64,000 nucleotides of DNA from Kaistella sp. Its GTDB lineage: Bacteria; Bacteroidota; Bacteroidia; Flavobacteriales; Weeksellaceae. The notes beneath the pieces are model-generated. The model did no database searches, was not told where the DNA came from, and was given only the letters and a program-made list of their open reading frames with translations. Positions 47,961 to 58,376 of this stretch are shown piece by piece; position 1 is the first letter of the stretch, and each line of letters begins with the position of its first letter. Location of the stretch: contig JAYSFV010000002.1 of assembly GCA_041913105.1 (NCBI GenBank), positions 353,834 to 417,833 of the forward strand, read 5' to 3'. Made by a program: the position numbers and the translations under genes.

Positions 47961-48124
47961 CAAATTAAAGACCAACTACAAGGGATGTGTATCTAAATAA
48001 CCTTCAAATAAATTAGCTCTGGCATATAAAAATTTGGGGTTCAATAATTTTAAAATGGATAGCTTCATAAGTGTCTAATTTTCAGTAAAATATTCTTATT
48101 GGCAAAACTTATTAACATTAAGTC

Positions 48125-48146
48125 AAAAAGTGGGAAAAAGTGGGAA
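48125..48146 (+). promoter_or_regulatory. putative MraZ operator (two direct repeats AAAAAGTGGGA, 10-bp phase)
   Basis: GTGGG occurs at 48130-48134 and 48140-48144, immediately upstream of the mraZ -7 box. Confidence 0.5.
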
Positions 48147-48164
48147 TGATTAGAAAAATTTATA

Positions 48165-48172
48165 TAATTTTG
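48165..48172 (+). promoter_or_regulatory. dcw/mraZ promoter -7 box
   Basis: TAATTTTG lies 6 nt before ATG 48179. Confidence 0.45.
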
Positions 48173-48178
48173 TCCCAA

Positions 48179-48646
48179 ATGAAGAATTTCATCGGTACAT
48201 ACGAATGTAAAATTGACGACAAGGGACGCCTAAAGTTGCCTTCTTCTCTGGTTAAGCAGATGGAGGACTTTGGAGGCGATTCCTTTGTGGTGAAGCGTTC
48301 GGTTTTCCAGACTTGTTTGGAGGTTTATCCAATGAGTGCCTGGGAAAAACTGATGGAAAAAATTAATAAACTCAATCGTTTTCAGAAGAAAAATACGGAC
48401 TTCATCAGAAGGTTCACCGCAGGCTTAAAAACGGTAGAGCCCGATAATGCCGGAAGATTACAGATCTCAAAAGACCTTATGAATTTCGCTTTACTAAAGA
48501 AGGAAATTGTCATTACCAGCGCAGGAGAGCTGTTTGAAATCTGGGATAAAGAGGCCTACGAACAGGTTATCGCGACGCCTGAAGAAGATTTCGCAAAGCT
48601 TGCGGAAGAAGTGATGGGCGACATGAGTTTTGGCGAAGAAATATAG
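48179..48646 (+). CDS. mraZ: transcriptional regulator MraZ
   Basis: ATG 48179 (MKNFIGTYECKIDDKGRLKLP). Two SpoVT-AbrB halves carry DxxGR motifs. Confidence 0.9.
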   Translation: MKNFIGTYECKIDDKGRLKLPSSLVKQMEDFGGDSFVVKRSVFQTCLEVYPMSAWEKLMEKINKLNRFQKKNTDFIRRFTAGLKTVEPDNAGRLQISKDLMNFALLKKEIVITSAGELFEIWDKEAYEQVIATPEEDFAKLAEEVMGDMSFGEEI

Positions 48647-48666
48647 AAATCCCATAATAACGTAAC

Positions 48667-49560
48667 ATGTATCATAACCCGGTTTTGCTGAAAAAAAGTG
48701 TGGAGGATTTGCTGACAAATCCAGACGGTATTTATGTGGATGTAACCTTCGGTGGTGGCGGTCATTCCCGGGAGATTTTAAAAAGTCTTTCAGGTAAAGG
48801 AAGGTTGTATAGTTTCGATCAGGATTTGGATGCTTTAAATAACACCATCGATGACGCACGGTTTACGCTGATTAATCAGAATTTCCGATTCTTAGAGAAT
48901 TCGCTCCAAATGTATGGTGTACAGCAAGTTGATGGTATTTTAGCTGATCTTGGCGTTTCTTCGCATCAGTTTGACGCTGCCGAGCGTGGTTTCTCTACCA
49001 GAAGCGATGCGCCACTCGATATGAGGATGAATGTAATGCAGACGCTGGATGCGAAAAAGGTCATTAACGATTATGAAGAAGAACAGCTCGCGGACTTATT
49101 TTACTATTACGGAGAACTTCGTGAAGCGCGGAAGCTAGCTCGAGAAATTGTTCATGCCCGAAAAGTAAAAACGATTGAAACTACGGAAGATCTGAAAAGC
49201 TTATTCAGCTATATCCCGCAGTTTAAACAGAATAAGTTTTTTGCTCAGGTATTTCAGGCTATACGTATTGAAGTAAATCAAGAGCTTGAGGTATTAAAAG
49301 AAATGTTAGTACAGTCTCATCGCATGCTGAAAACCAACGGTAGGCTTGTGGTGATTTCTTACCATTCATTAGAAGACCGTCTGGTAAAACGTTTCTTGAA
49401 AAACGGGATGTTTGAAGGGGAGCCTGCTCGTGATATTTATGGGAATTTTAATAAAACATTCGATCTGTTACAAAGCAAAGCAATTATCCCAGATAGCAAG
49501 GAGATTGAAGAAAACTCGCGGGCACGAAGTGCAAAAATGCGTGTCGGAATTAAATTATAG
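48667..49560 (+). CDS. rsmH: 16S rRNA (cytosine1402-N4)-methyltransferase
   Basis: 297 aa with motifs DVTFGGGGHS and DLGVSSHQ. Confidence 0.93.
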   Translation: MYHNPVLLKKSVEDLLTNPDGIYVDVTFGGGGHSREILKSLSGKGRLYSFDQDLDALNNTIDDARFTLINQNFRFLENSLQMYGVQQVDGILADLGVSSHQFDAAERGFSTRSDAPLDMRMNVMQTLDAKKVINDYEEEQLADLFYYYGELREARKLAREIVHARKVKTIETTEDLKSLFSYIPQFKQNKFFAQVFQAIRIEVNQELEVLKEMLVQSHRMLKTNGRLVVISYHSLEDRLVKRFLKNGMFEGEPARDIYGNFNKTFDLLQSKAIIPDSKEIEENSRARSAKMRVGIKL

Positions 49561-49575
49561 AAGGCTACAAATTTA

Positions 49576-49941
49576 ATGGCTAAAAAAAAGCAATATCGTC
49601 CACAGCGGAAACTCACCTTTATTGATATTGTAAAAGGAAACTTTCTGAACCGTGATGAAGTTAAAATTCATTACCGGTACTTCCTGTTGATATTTGTGTT
49701 GTTGATGATAATGATTTACAGTAATCATTTGGTAAGTCAGAAAATCGAATTGGTTAACGAACTTAAAGAACAAACCGAAGAATATAAATCCCGAAATGCT
49801 TATGCCCAAAGCCGCTTAATTAAAGTGAAACTAGAGTCTGAGCTCGGAAAAGAAATGAGAAAAGATTCTCTCCTTTCCCTAGAGAATCATCCGCATAAAC
49901 TATTAATAAAACTCGACAGTACCGATGGCCGTACAGAATGA
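49576..49941 (+). CDS. ftsL: FtsL-like cell division protein
   Basis: 121 aa with a single TM helix plus coiled coil, in the conserved position between rsmH and ftsI. Confidence 0.6.
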   Translation: MAKKKQYRPQRKLTFIDIVKGNFLNRDEVKIHYRYFLLIFVLLMIMIYSNHLVSQKIELVNELKEQTEEYKSRNAYAQSRLIKVKLESELGKEMRKDSLLSLENHPHKLLIKLDSTDGRTE

Positions 49942-51916
49942 ATTTGAAAAAAAACGCTCAAAAACTTTGAGATGGGGCTACCTCTTTGCGGGGGGAGCTT
50001 TCATCCTTTTTGTGGTGTTTTTAGGCAGAATTCTGGTATTGCAAAACACCAATGTTGAGGAAATAAAAGAAGATTATATCAGCAAAAATTATCGTGAAGC
50101 TACTTTAAAAGCTGCACGCGGAAATCTTTATGCTGCCGACGGCAGCATCCTTGCGACAACGGTAATGCGATATGATGTCTATATAGATTTCAAAGTAATA
50201 CGTGATACCGTTTACAACAATAATATAGCGGCACTTACCGATTCGCTTTCAAAAATGTTTGGTAAGCCGAGAAGTTATTTTCGTGATAGATTGGATCAGC
50301 AGAAAAAAGCAGAAAATCAGTACTATTCTTTAGTTAAAGGATTGGATTTCGATGATTATGACCGTCTCCGAAAGTTTCCAATATTTAAAAAAGGGAAAAA
50401 TCGAGGTGGATTTATCGTTGACCGTAATTTCAAACGAGAACTCGCTACTACGCAAATTGGCGCCGGAACAATAGGGATGGATAACGGACAGTATAAATCT
50501 GGTCTTGAAGGAGCATTCTCAAAATACCTCACTGGCACGGATGGTAAGCGTCTTGAGCAGCGAGTTAACTCCAGCCAATGGAAACCAATTGATTACTGGA
50601 AAGTTAAAGAACCTGTTGACGGACAGGATGTATATACCACCATCGATTTAAGAATCCAGGATATTGCACATTCCGCATTAGAAAAGCAACTCATCAGTTT
50701 CGATGCTGATCATGGTTGCGTCCTGGTAATGGAAGTTGCCACCGGGAAGGTTAAGGCGATGGTCAACCTTAAACGTACTGAGCCGGGGATTTATGTAGAC
50801 TCTTACAATTATGCACTAAAAGATGCCACCGAGCCGGGCTCCACTTTTAAAACGGTCTCACTTTTAGCCGCAATGGATGACGGTTTTATCGATGAAAACA
50901 CTACGGTGAATGTAGGTAACGGCGTTTGGGTTTATGCAAAACAAAGGATTTCTGACGGACATGGGGGCGGCGAGTATGATATTTCTGATGTTCTAGCGAA
51001 ATCCAGTAACGTCGGCTCGGCCAAGCTGATCACTCAGTATTACGAAGACAAACCACAAGTTTTTCTGGATCATTTACGCAGATGGAAGATGTTCGATAAG
51101 ATGGATATTGAGCTTCCGGGTATTACAAAACCTTATATTCAGACTCCTGAAAGTCCACGTTGGAGTAAGGGTGCTTTAGCCTCACTTTCGTTTGGGTATG
51201 CATCAAGGTTTAATCTGCTGCAACTCACCACTTTTTATAATGGAATTGCAAATAAAGGTAAAATGCTGAAGCCTTTATTCATCGATCGTATTATGAAAGA
51301 TGGGCAAGAACTCTATACTGCGCAACCTGAAGTAATGGTGAAGAAAATGGCATCTGAAAAAGCAATTATGATGATGACTAATGCCTTGACACAGGCTGTT
51401 GAAAAAGGAACCGCAAAAAGTATTTTTACTCCAAATCTTAAAATGGCCGGAAAAACAGGAACCGCAAGATTTGAATATTGGAAGCCGGGTCCCGCAAAAT
51501 ATCAGGCAAGTTTTGCAGGTTTTTATCCTGCAGATAATCCAAAATATACCTGCATTGTCATGATAAACCAACCTGATAATTCGAAGAGTTATTATGGTTC
51601 TACCGTGGCTGCACCGGTTTTTAAGGAAATCGCAGGAAAAACATTTTTAAAGACCCCTCAGAATGTGGAAAAAGAAATGTTGGTGGATAAAAAAGTGGAT
51701 TTAAGCAAAATGCTTACTTCACCAGTCAAGGTTGCAGTTCGAAACAAACAGATGCCAAAAGTAGTAGGATTGATTGGTAAAAATGTGATCCCGCAATTAG
51801 AAAACCAAGGTTATAGGGTGGATTATAAGGGTGTGGGACGCATACAAGAACAATTCCCCCTCGAAGGTACAGTGATCAAAAAAAATCAGAGAATTTATCT
51901 GAGTTTACAGAATTAA
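49925..51916 (+). CDS. ftsI: peptidoglycan D,D-transpeptidase FtsI (PBP3)
   Basis: 663 aa with STFK, SSN and KTGT motifs. Overlaps ftsL by 17 nt. Confidence 0.9.
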   Translation: MAVQNEFEKKRSKTLRWGYLFAGGAFILFVVFLGRILVLQNTNVEEIKEDYISKNYREATLKAARGNLYAADGSILATTVMRYDVYIDFKVIRDTVYNNNIAALTDSLSKMFGKPRSYFRDRLDQQKKAENQYYSLVKGLDFDDYDRLRKFPIFKKGKNRGGFIVDRNFKRELATTQIGAGTIGMDNGQYKSGLEGAFSKYLTGTDGKRLEQRVNSSQWKPIDYWKVKEPVDGQDVYTTIDLRIQDIAHSALEKQLISFDADHGCVLVMEVATGKVKAMVNLKRTEPGIYVDSYNYALKDATEPGSTFKTVSLLAAMDDGFIDENTTVNVGNGVWVYAKQRISDGHGGGEYDISDVLAKSSNVGSAKLITQYYEDKPQVFLDHLRRWKMFDKMDIELPGITKPYIQTPESPRWSKGALASLSFGYASRFNLLQLTTFYNGIANKGKMLKPLFIDRIMKDGQELYTAQPEVMVKKMASEKAIMMMTNALTQAVEKGTAKSIFTPNLKMAGKTGTARFEYWKPGPAKYQASFAGFYPADNPKYTCIVMINQPDNSKSYYGSTVAAPVFKEIAGKTFLKTPQNVEKEMLVDKKVDLSKMLTSPVKVAVRNKQMPKVVGLIGKNVIPQLENQGYRVDYKGVGRIQEQFPLEGTVIKKNQRIYLSLQN

Positions 51917-51947
51917 AACAAAAAACAGGATTTCCTGAATACATAAA

Positions 51948-53408
51948 ATGCAATTAAAGCAATTATTACATAAAGTTCATTACACTGAAATTATCGGAGA
52001 TCAAGCCCGGGAAGTATCTTCTGTGGCATTCGACAGCCGTAAGATTGAAGCCGAATCTGCGTACATCGCAGTGAAAGGACTTCAGATTGATGGACATTCC
52101 TTTATTGATGCCGCTATTGCAAATGGTGCAAAGACAGTAGTTTGTGAAAAACTTCCGTCGCAACTTCATCCTGAAGTAACTTTCGTAGAAGTGAAAAATT
52201 CTATTCAGGCTTTAGGACAAATTGCTTCTAACTTTTATGGAAATCCTTCCGAGCATCTCAAATTGATCGGAATCACCGGTACCAATGGTAAAACCTCGGT
52301 GACAACGCTACTGCATCAAATTTTTGAAAATTTAGGATATAGTACCGCCTTAATTTCTACCGTGGAGTATAAAATTGGTGAGGAGGTTTTCCCCTCAACC
52401 CATACAACACCGGACATCATTACTATTAATAAACTGCTTGCAAAAGCAGTTGAAGCTGGTTGTGAATATGCCTTCATGGAGGTGTCCTCTCATGGAATCG
52501 ACCAGCATCGCATCGAGGGACTTCAATTCAGCATTGCTGGGTTCACCAATATTACGCACGATCATTTAGATTATCATAAAACATTTTTAGAGTATCTCAA
52601 TACCAAAAAGAAATTCTTTGACCAGTTAGATTCTACTGCAGTTGCAATTACGAATGTAGATGATAAGAATGGTAATGTAATGCTTCAAAATACCGGCGCA
52701 AAAAAGAAAACTTTCGCCTTAAAAACCATGGCAGATTTTCATGGAAAAATTTTGGAAGCCGACTTTAACGGGATGCTTCTCAATTTCAATGGAAAAGAAT
52801 TTTGGACTACTTTAACAGGAAAGTTCAATGTCTATAATCTGCTCCTTGCCTATGCAGTGACTTTAGAGTGTGATTTTAAGGAAGACGAAATTCTGACGGC
52901 GATATCAAATTTAGAAAGAGTAAAAGGCAGGTTTGAAACCTTAAAATCTGACGGCGGAATCTTCTTCGTGATTGATTACGCACATACCCCGGATGCCTTG
53001 GAGAATATTCTTGATTCTATCAACGAAATAAGAACAAAAAACGAAAGACTCATTACTATTTTTGGTTGTGGTGGAGATCGGGATCAGGCTAAACGTCCTG
53101 AAATGGGCAAAATTGCTACTTCAAAATCTACACTTGCTATTATCACCAGCGATAATCCACGAAGTGAAAATCCAGCAGAGATCATTAAAGAAATAGAAGC
53201 CGGTGTTGAACCTCAAAACTTTAGCAAATACACATCGATCCCAGATCGGCGTGAAGCAATAAAGATGGCCATCAAGTTCGCAGAACCCAAAGATATTATT
53301 TTGGTTGCCGGTAAAGGTCACGAAACTTATCAGGAAATAAACGGCGAAAAAATCCATTTTGACGACCGCGAAACAGTTTTGGAACTGGCCACAATCATGT
53401 CTAAATAA
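51948..53408 (+). CDS. murE: UDP-N-acetylmuramoyl-L-alanyl-D-glutamate--2,6-diaminopimelate ligase
   Basis: 486 aa with the GITGTNGKTS P-loop and the Mur ligase layout. Confidence 0.92.
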   Translation: MQLKQLLHKVHYTEIIGDQAREVSSVAFDSRKIEAESAYIAVKGLQIDGHSFIDAAIANGAKTVVCEKLPSQLHPEVTFVEVKNSIQALGQIASNFYGNPSEHLKLIGITGTNGKTSVTTLLHQIFENLGYSTALISTVEYKIGEEVFPSTHTTPDIITINKLLAKAVEAGCEYAFMEVSSHGIDQHRIEGLQFSIAGFTNITHDHLDYHKTFLEYLNTKKKFFDQLDSTAVAITNVDDKNGNVMLQNTGAKKKTFALKTMADFHGKILEADFNGMLLNFNGKEFWTTLTGKFNVYNLLLAYAVTLECDFKEDEILTAISNLERVKGRFETLKSDGGIFFVIDYAHTPDALENILDSINEIRTKNERLITIFGCGGDRDQAKRPEMGKIATSKSTLAIITSDNPRSENPAEIIKEIEAGVEPQNFSKYTSIPDRREAIKMAIKFAEPKDIILVAGKGHETYQEINGEKIHFDDRETVLELATIMSK

Positions 53409-53426
53409 TTAATTAAAAAAGAACCA

Positions 53427-54668
53427 ATGTTATACTATCTCTACGAATATTTCACCAGTATCGGAATCCACGTTCCGGGACTTGGTATGTTTCGGTTCAT
53501 TTCATTCCGTGCGGGTATGGCAGTGCTCTTCTCACTCATTATAGCATTGGTTTTCGGGAAGAAAATCATCAATTACCTCCGTCGTCAGCAGATGGGCGAA
53601 TTGGTAAGAGATTTGGGTCTCGAGGGGCAGAAACAGAAAGAGGGTACTCCTACAATGGGAGGTTTAATTATTATCCTCGCAACCTTAATTCCTGTAATAT
53701 TATTTACAAAAGTTCTTAACATTTATATTGTCTTGCTCATTGTATCAGTGGTCTGGATGGGGGCAATCGGCTTTATAGATGATTATCTGAAGAAAATAAA
53801 AAAGAACAAAGACGGGCTTAGCGGTAAATTCAAAGTGATCGGGCAAGTTGGTTTGGGTATTATCGTAGGCGTAATCATGTATTTTCACCCGGATGTTACG
53901 GTGAAAAGAAAATATGCCGACGCAAAAGAAGTTAACAGAAGTTCTGTAGAAAAAAACTTTATGCCTACGGAAAAATCCACGGTTTCAACTGTTCCTTTTG
54001 TAAAAAATAACGAGTTCGATTATAGCGGGATTTTATTCTGGATGTCACCGGAAGAAGCTCAGGAATGGGCGTGGGCAGTATTTATACCTATGGTTATTTT
54101 CATAGTTACTGCAGTGTCGAACGGAGCCAATATTACTGATGGTATCGATGGTCTCGCCGCGGGAACGAGTGTCGTCATCTTGCTCACGCTGGCATTTTTT
54201 GCCTACCTCTCCGGAAACATCATTTTTGCGGACTACTTGAATATTATGTTCTTACCAAATATGGGAGAAACCACCATTTTCGCCCTCGCCCTTGTCGGGG
54301 CAGTAATTGGGTTTTTCTGGTACAATACTTATCCGGCTCAAGTATTTATGGGCGACACGGGAAGTTTAATGCTCGGAGGAGTAATAGCGGTATTGGCAAT
54401 CATTCTAAGAAAAGAATTAATGATACCGGTGCTTTGTGGCATTTTCTTGATAGAGAATCTTTCGGTAATGCTTCAAGTTACTGTCTTTAAATACAGGAAA
54501 AGGAAATACGGACTTGAGTACGCGCAGAACAACCGACTCTTCAAAATGTCACCCCTACATCACCATTATCAAAAAGACGGTTATCACGAAAGTAAAATTG
54601 TTAACCGAATGATCATCATCGGGGTAATGTTCGCCATCGTTTGTCTAATCACACTTAAGGTAAGATAG
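53427..54668 (+). CDS. mraY: phospho-N-acetylmuramoyl-pentapeptide transferase
   Basis: 413 aa with motifs [13 protein letters not shown] and GDTGS. Confidence 0.95.
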   Translation: MLYYLYEYFTSIGIHVPGLGMFRFISFRAGMAVLFSLIIALVFGKKIINYLRRQQMGELVRDLGLEGQKQKEGTPTMGGLIIILATLIPVILFTKVLNIYIVLLIVSVVWMGAIGFIDDYLKKIKKNKDGLSGKFKVIGQVGLGIIVGVIMYFHPDVTVKRKYADAKEVNRSSVEKNFMPTEKSTVSTVPFVKNNEFDYSGILFWMSPEEAQEWAWAVFIPMVIFIVTAVSNGANITDGIDGLAAGTSVVILLTLAFFAYLSGNIIFADYLNIMFLPNMGETTIFALALVGAVIGFFWYNTYPAQVFMGDTGSLMLGGVIAVLAIILRKELMIPVLCGIFLIENLSVMLQVTVFKYRKRKYGLEYAQNNRLFKMSPLHHHYQKDGYHESKIVNRMIIIGVMFAIVCLITLKVR

Positions 54669-54670
54669 AA

Positions 54671-56014
54671 ATGAAAATTGTAATACTTGGAGGAGGTGAA
54701 AGCGGATTCGGAGCTGCATATCTGGCAAAAAAGAAAGGGCTGGAGGTATTTCTGTCGGACAAAGGTCAGATTAAACCTGCTTACAAAAAATTACTGACAG
54801 ATGCTGAAATCGAGTTTGAAGAGGGAGATCATGATGAAGAAAGAATCTTATCTGCGGATTGGGTTATTAAATCTCCGGGGATCCCGAAAAAAGCCGAAAT
54901 CGTTTATAAAATTACACAGAAAGGAATTCGTTTATCTTCTGAAATCGAATTTGCGTCCGAATTTACCAATGCTAAAATCATCGCGATTACAGGTAGTAAC
55001 GGAAAAACGACAACGACTTCTTTAATCTATCATATCCTTAAAAATGATGGATTAAAAGTGGGCTTAGGCGGAAATATCGGGAAAAGTTTTGCAAAGCAGG
55101 TTGCTGATGAAAATTTCGATTATTATGTTTTGGAAGTAAGTTCTTTCCAGTTGGATGATATACAGAACTTTAGACCGCACATCTCGTTATTGTTAAATTT
55201 AAGTCAGGATCATCTGGATCAATACAACTACAATTACGAAGAGTACGCATTGGCAAAATTCAGAATAACTGAAAATCAGGAGAATGACAATTTCTTCATC
55301 TATAATAAGGATGATGAAATGAGCCAAAATCTTCTTGAGAAGCTGGAAGTAAAAGCACAGATGATACCTTTTTCACTTCGGGATAAACTGAAAGAAGGAG
55401 GTTTCGTGAACGGTGAAAAAATGGTCGTGAAATATCAGGACGAATTTTCAATGAAAGTTGATGATTTATCAATCTCTGGAAACCATAATGTTGCCAATAG
55501 TCTAGCCGCTTCAATAGCAGGTAAAATACTGAATATCAGCAATGAAAGCATTCGCAATTCTTTAATGACTTTTCAAGCAGTTGAGCACCGTTTGGAGCAG
55601 GTAACAGAAATTGGTGGTGTGATTTACATAAACGATAGTAAAGCAACAAATGTAAATGCAGCGTATTATGCCTTAGAAAGCATGAAGCAGCCTACCGTTT
55701 GGATTGTTGGAGGCGTAGACAAAGGAAATGATTATACCGAGATCGAAGAATTGGTAAAACGTAAAGTAAAAGCCATAATCTGCCTCGGATTGGACAATGA
55801 GAAGATTATTAATTTCTTCGAAGGTAAGAAAGAATTGATTTACAGTACTTCAAGCATGGAAGAAGCGGTTAAAATTTCAAAATCCGTGGCTCAGAAAGGA
55901 GATACGGTTTTGTTGTCACCATGTTGTGCAAGTTTCGATCTTTTCGAAAACTATGAAGACCGAGGAAATCAATTTAAAGAGCAAGTATTAAAAAATACAA
56001 CCGTTAACGGTTAA
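54671..56014 (+). CDS. murD: UDP-N-acetylmuramoylalanine--D-glutamate ligase
   Basis: 447 aa with the ITGSNGKTTT P-loop. Confidence 0.93.
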   Translation: MKIVILGGGESGFGAAYLAKKKGLEVFLSDKGQIKPAYKKLLTDAEIEFEEGDHDEERILSADWVIKSPGIPKKAEIVYKITQKGIRLSSEIEFASEFTNAKIIAITGSNGKTTTTSLIYHILKNDGLKVGLGGNIGKSFAKQVADENFDYYVLEVSSFQLDDIQNFRPHISLLLNLSQDHLDQYNYNYEEYALAKFRITENQENDNFFIYNKDDEMSQNLLEKLEVKAQMIPFSLRDKLKEGGFVNGEKMVVKYQDEFSMKVDDLSISGNHNVANSLAASIAGKILNISNESIRNSLMTFQAVEHRLEQVTEIGGVIYINDSKATNVNAAYYALESMKQPTVWIVGGVDKGNDYTEIEELVKRKVKAIICLGLDNEKIINFFEGKKELIYSTSSMEEAVKISKSVAQKGDTVLLSPCCASFDLFENYEDRGNQFKEQVLKNTTVNG

Positions 56015-56020
56015 TAAAAA

Positions 56021-57247
56021 ATGGAACAGGAAAACAAATTTGAACTGCTGAAAGGCGACAAAGTACTGTGGAGCGTAATCTTACTGATTTCGTTCTTCTC
56101 GGTATTCCCTGTGTATTCTGCAAGTTCTAATTTGGAATATATCGTTAACAGCGGTACCACAACGTCTCACCTTATCAAGCATAGCTTTTTTGTAGTGCTG
56201 GGCTTAGCATTTATGCGTGCGGTAGGTTTTATTAAATACGAACACATCGGAAAGCTAAGTGCCATCGGACTTATCGTGATGATTATTTTGCTGTTGCTAA
56301 CCATGTTTATGGGACAAACAATCGATGGTGCTTCGGCGTCCCGCTGGTTGAAGATTCCGGGTACCCCTATTTCATTCCAGCCATCGTCTTTTGCATATTT
56401 ACTATTGATAATCTATCTCTGCCGTTATCTGACGAAGAAAATTAAGCGCGAAAGGTTGCCGATAGAAAATATATTCTACATTTTTGTCCCTGTATTAGCG
56501 GTATTTATACTCGTTGCAAAAGATAATGGTTCAACCGCCTTAATGATCTTAATTGTGTCCTTAGCGGTACTTTTAATAGGTCAATTAAATAAAAAATACA
56601 TATTCGGATTTATTGGTCTTTCATCCTTGGCCATTGGTCTTTTCATGTTTCTGGCATTGAAAACCGACTTAATCCAAAATAACCGTGTACACACTTGGAT
56701 GAGTCGTGTTGAGGTTTTCATGAACTCCAAAACGGAAAATCAAGTCGAAAACGAAATCGACAAGGCTAAAAACTATCAGGTAATGCAGGCGAAAGCGGCC
56801 ATTGTTCATGGTGGAATTACCGGCATGGGACCAGGAAAAAGTGCCCTCAAGCAGATGCTACCTCAATCCGCGTCGGATTTTATTTTTGCGATCATCGTTG
56901 AAGAATATGGTTTTATTGGTGCGCTCGTTTTAATTTCCCTTTATTTAATAATGATTATCCGCATAGTTATGATTGCGAGTAAAATGCCCGCTTTCTTCGG
57001 AAGTCTTCTGGTGCTGAGTCTGGGCATTATGATTTTTGTGCAGCTCGCGGTAAATATCGCGGTTGCAGTCAATCTAATTCCGGTTACCGGCCAACCTTTA
57101 CCGCTTATCAGTTACGGGGGAACATCAATGCTGGTGACTTATTTGCAACTGGGAATTATTTTAAACGTTAGTTCCAGAATTCAGGTTTATGACGAAGAAG
57201 GGATTGGCAAAAAACAGAATATTGAAGAAATTAATGATATAGCATAG
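56021..57247 (+). CDS. ftsW: SEDS-family peptidoglycan glycosyltransferase FtsW
   Basis: 408 aa, polytopic, with FtsW/RodA motifs (PLPLISYGGTSM). Confidence 0.9.
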   Translation: MEQENKFELLKGDKVLWSVILLISFFSVFPVYSASSNLEYIVNSGTTTSHLIKHSFFVVLGLAFMRAVGFIKYEHIGKLSAIGLIVMIILLLLTMFMGQTIDGASASRWLKIPGTPISFQPSSFAYLLLIIYLCRYLTKKIKRERLPIENIFYIFVPVLAVFILVAKDNGSTALMILIVSLAVLLIGQLNKKYIFGFIGLSSLAIGLFMFLALKTDLIQNNRVHTWMSRVEVFMNSKTENQVENEIDKAKNYQVMQAKAAIVHGGITGMGPGKSALKQMLPQSASDFIFAIIVEEYGFIGALVLISLYLIMIIRIVMIASKMPAFFGSLLVLSLGIMIFVQLAVNIAVAVNLIPVTGQPLPLISYGGTSMLVTYLQLGIILNVSSRIQVYDEEGIGKKQNIEEINDIA

Positions 57248-57256
57248 CAACTGAAA

Positions 57257-58375
57257 ATGAGCAGAAAACTGAAAATATTGATGAGTGGTGGCGGAACAGG
57301 TGGACACATCTTTCCGGCAATTGCTATTGCAGACGAACTCCGCAAACGGTTTCCGGATGCATCTTTTCTGTTTATTGGAGCTAACGGCAAAATGGAAATG
57401 GAAAAAGTTCCGGCTGCCGGCTATAAAATTGAAGGGATCAACATTGCCGGTTTCAACCGAGGGAGTTTACTGAAAAACATCAATCTGCCCGGAAAAATTC
57501 TTTCCAGCTTGTTGAAGACTAGAAAAATAATTAAAGAATTTGAACCCGACTTTGCAATAGGAACTGGCGGTTTTGCCAGTGGTCCGGCATTGTTTGCTGC
57601 ATCATTTTCTGGTGTTCCTATTTTTGTTCAGGAACAGAATTCTCTTCCGGGTAAAACCAATATGTTTTTATCCAAGAAAGCAAAAGCTGTTTTTACAGCC
57701 TATCCTGAAATGGACAAGTTTTTTGAAGGCACTAAGACTTTATTTTTGGGTAACCCTGTTAGAAAGAAAATCGTTCATAATTTAATCGATAGAGCCTCTG
57801 CCAAAGAGCGTTTAGGACTGGATAAAGATAAACTAACCATCGTTTCGTTTGGTGGATCGTTGGGTTCCAGAACTTTAAATAATGCTTGGAAGAATAATCT
57901 AAGTAAAGTTCTTGGCAATGGTTATCAACTGATATGGCAGACCGGTAAAACCGACTATAATCAAATCCTTCATGAGACAGAAACACATCAGTGTAGAAGT
58001 TTACGGGTTATCGAGTTCATTCAGAATATGGATTTGGCTTATTCTGCGGCTGATATCATTGTTTCGAGAGCCGGAGCAATCGCTATCTCCGAACTTGCAT
58101 TGGCTCAAAAACCAGTCATTTTAGTTCCGTTTCCTTATGCCGCAGAAGATCACCAGACTAAAAATGCACAGAATCTTGTGAATAAAAACGCAGCCCGGAT
58201 GGTGAAAGACAGCGAAATGAATGAAAAATTCTATAATACTCTCAACGAGTTGTGTCTCAATGAAGAGCTCAGAAATGAAATGTCTGCTAATCTTGCATTT
58301 TTTGCAAAACCAGATGCTACCGAAAAAATTGTAGATGAAATTTTAGCCACTTTAAATATTAAGTCAGAAAATTAA
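57257..58375 (+). CDS. murG: undecaprenyldiphospho-muramoylpentapeptide beta-N-acetylglucosaminyltransferase
   Basis: 372 aa with the N-terminal GGGTGGHIFPAIA motif. Confidence 0.93.
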   Translation: MSRKLKILMSGGGTGGHIFPAIAIADELRKRFPDASFLFIGANGKMEMEKVPAAGYKIEGINIAGFNRGSLLKNINLPGKILSSLLKTRKIIKEFEPDFAIGTGGFASGPALFAASFSGVPIFVQEQNSLPGKTNMFLSKKAKAVFTAYPEMDKFFEGTKTLFLGNPVRKKIVHNLIDRASAKERLGLDKDKLTIVSFGGSLGSRTLNNAWKNNLSKVLGNGYQLIWQTGKTDYNQILHETETHQCRSLRVIEFIQNMDLAYSAADIIVSRAGAIAISELALAQKPVILVPFPYAAEDHQTKNAQNLVNKNAARMVKDSEMNEKFYNTLNELCLNEELRNEMSANLAFFAKPDATEKIVDEILATLNIKSEN

Positions 58376-58376
58376 A

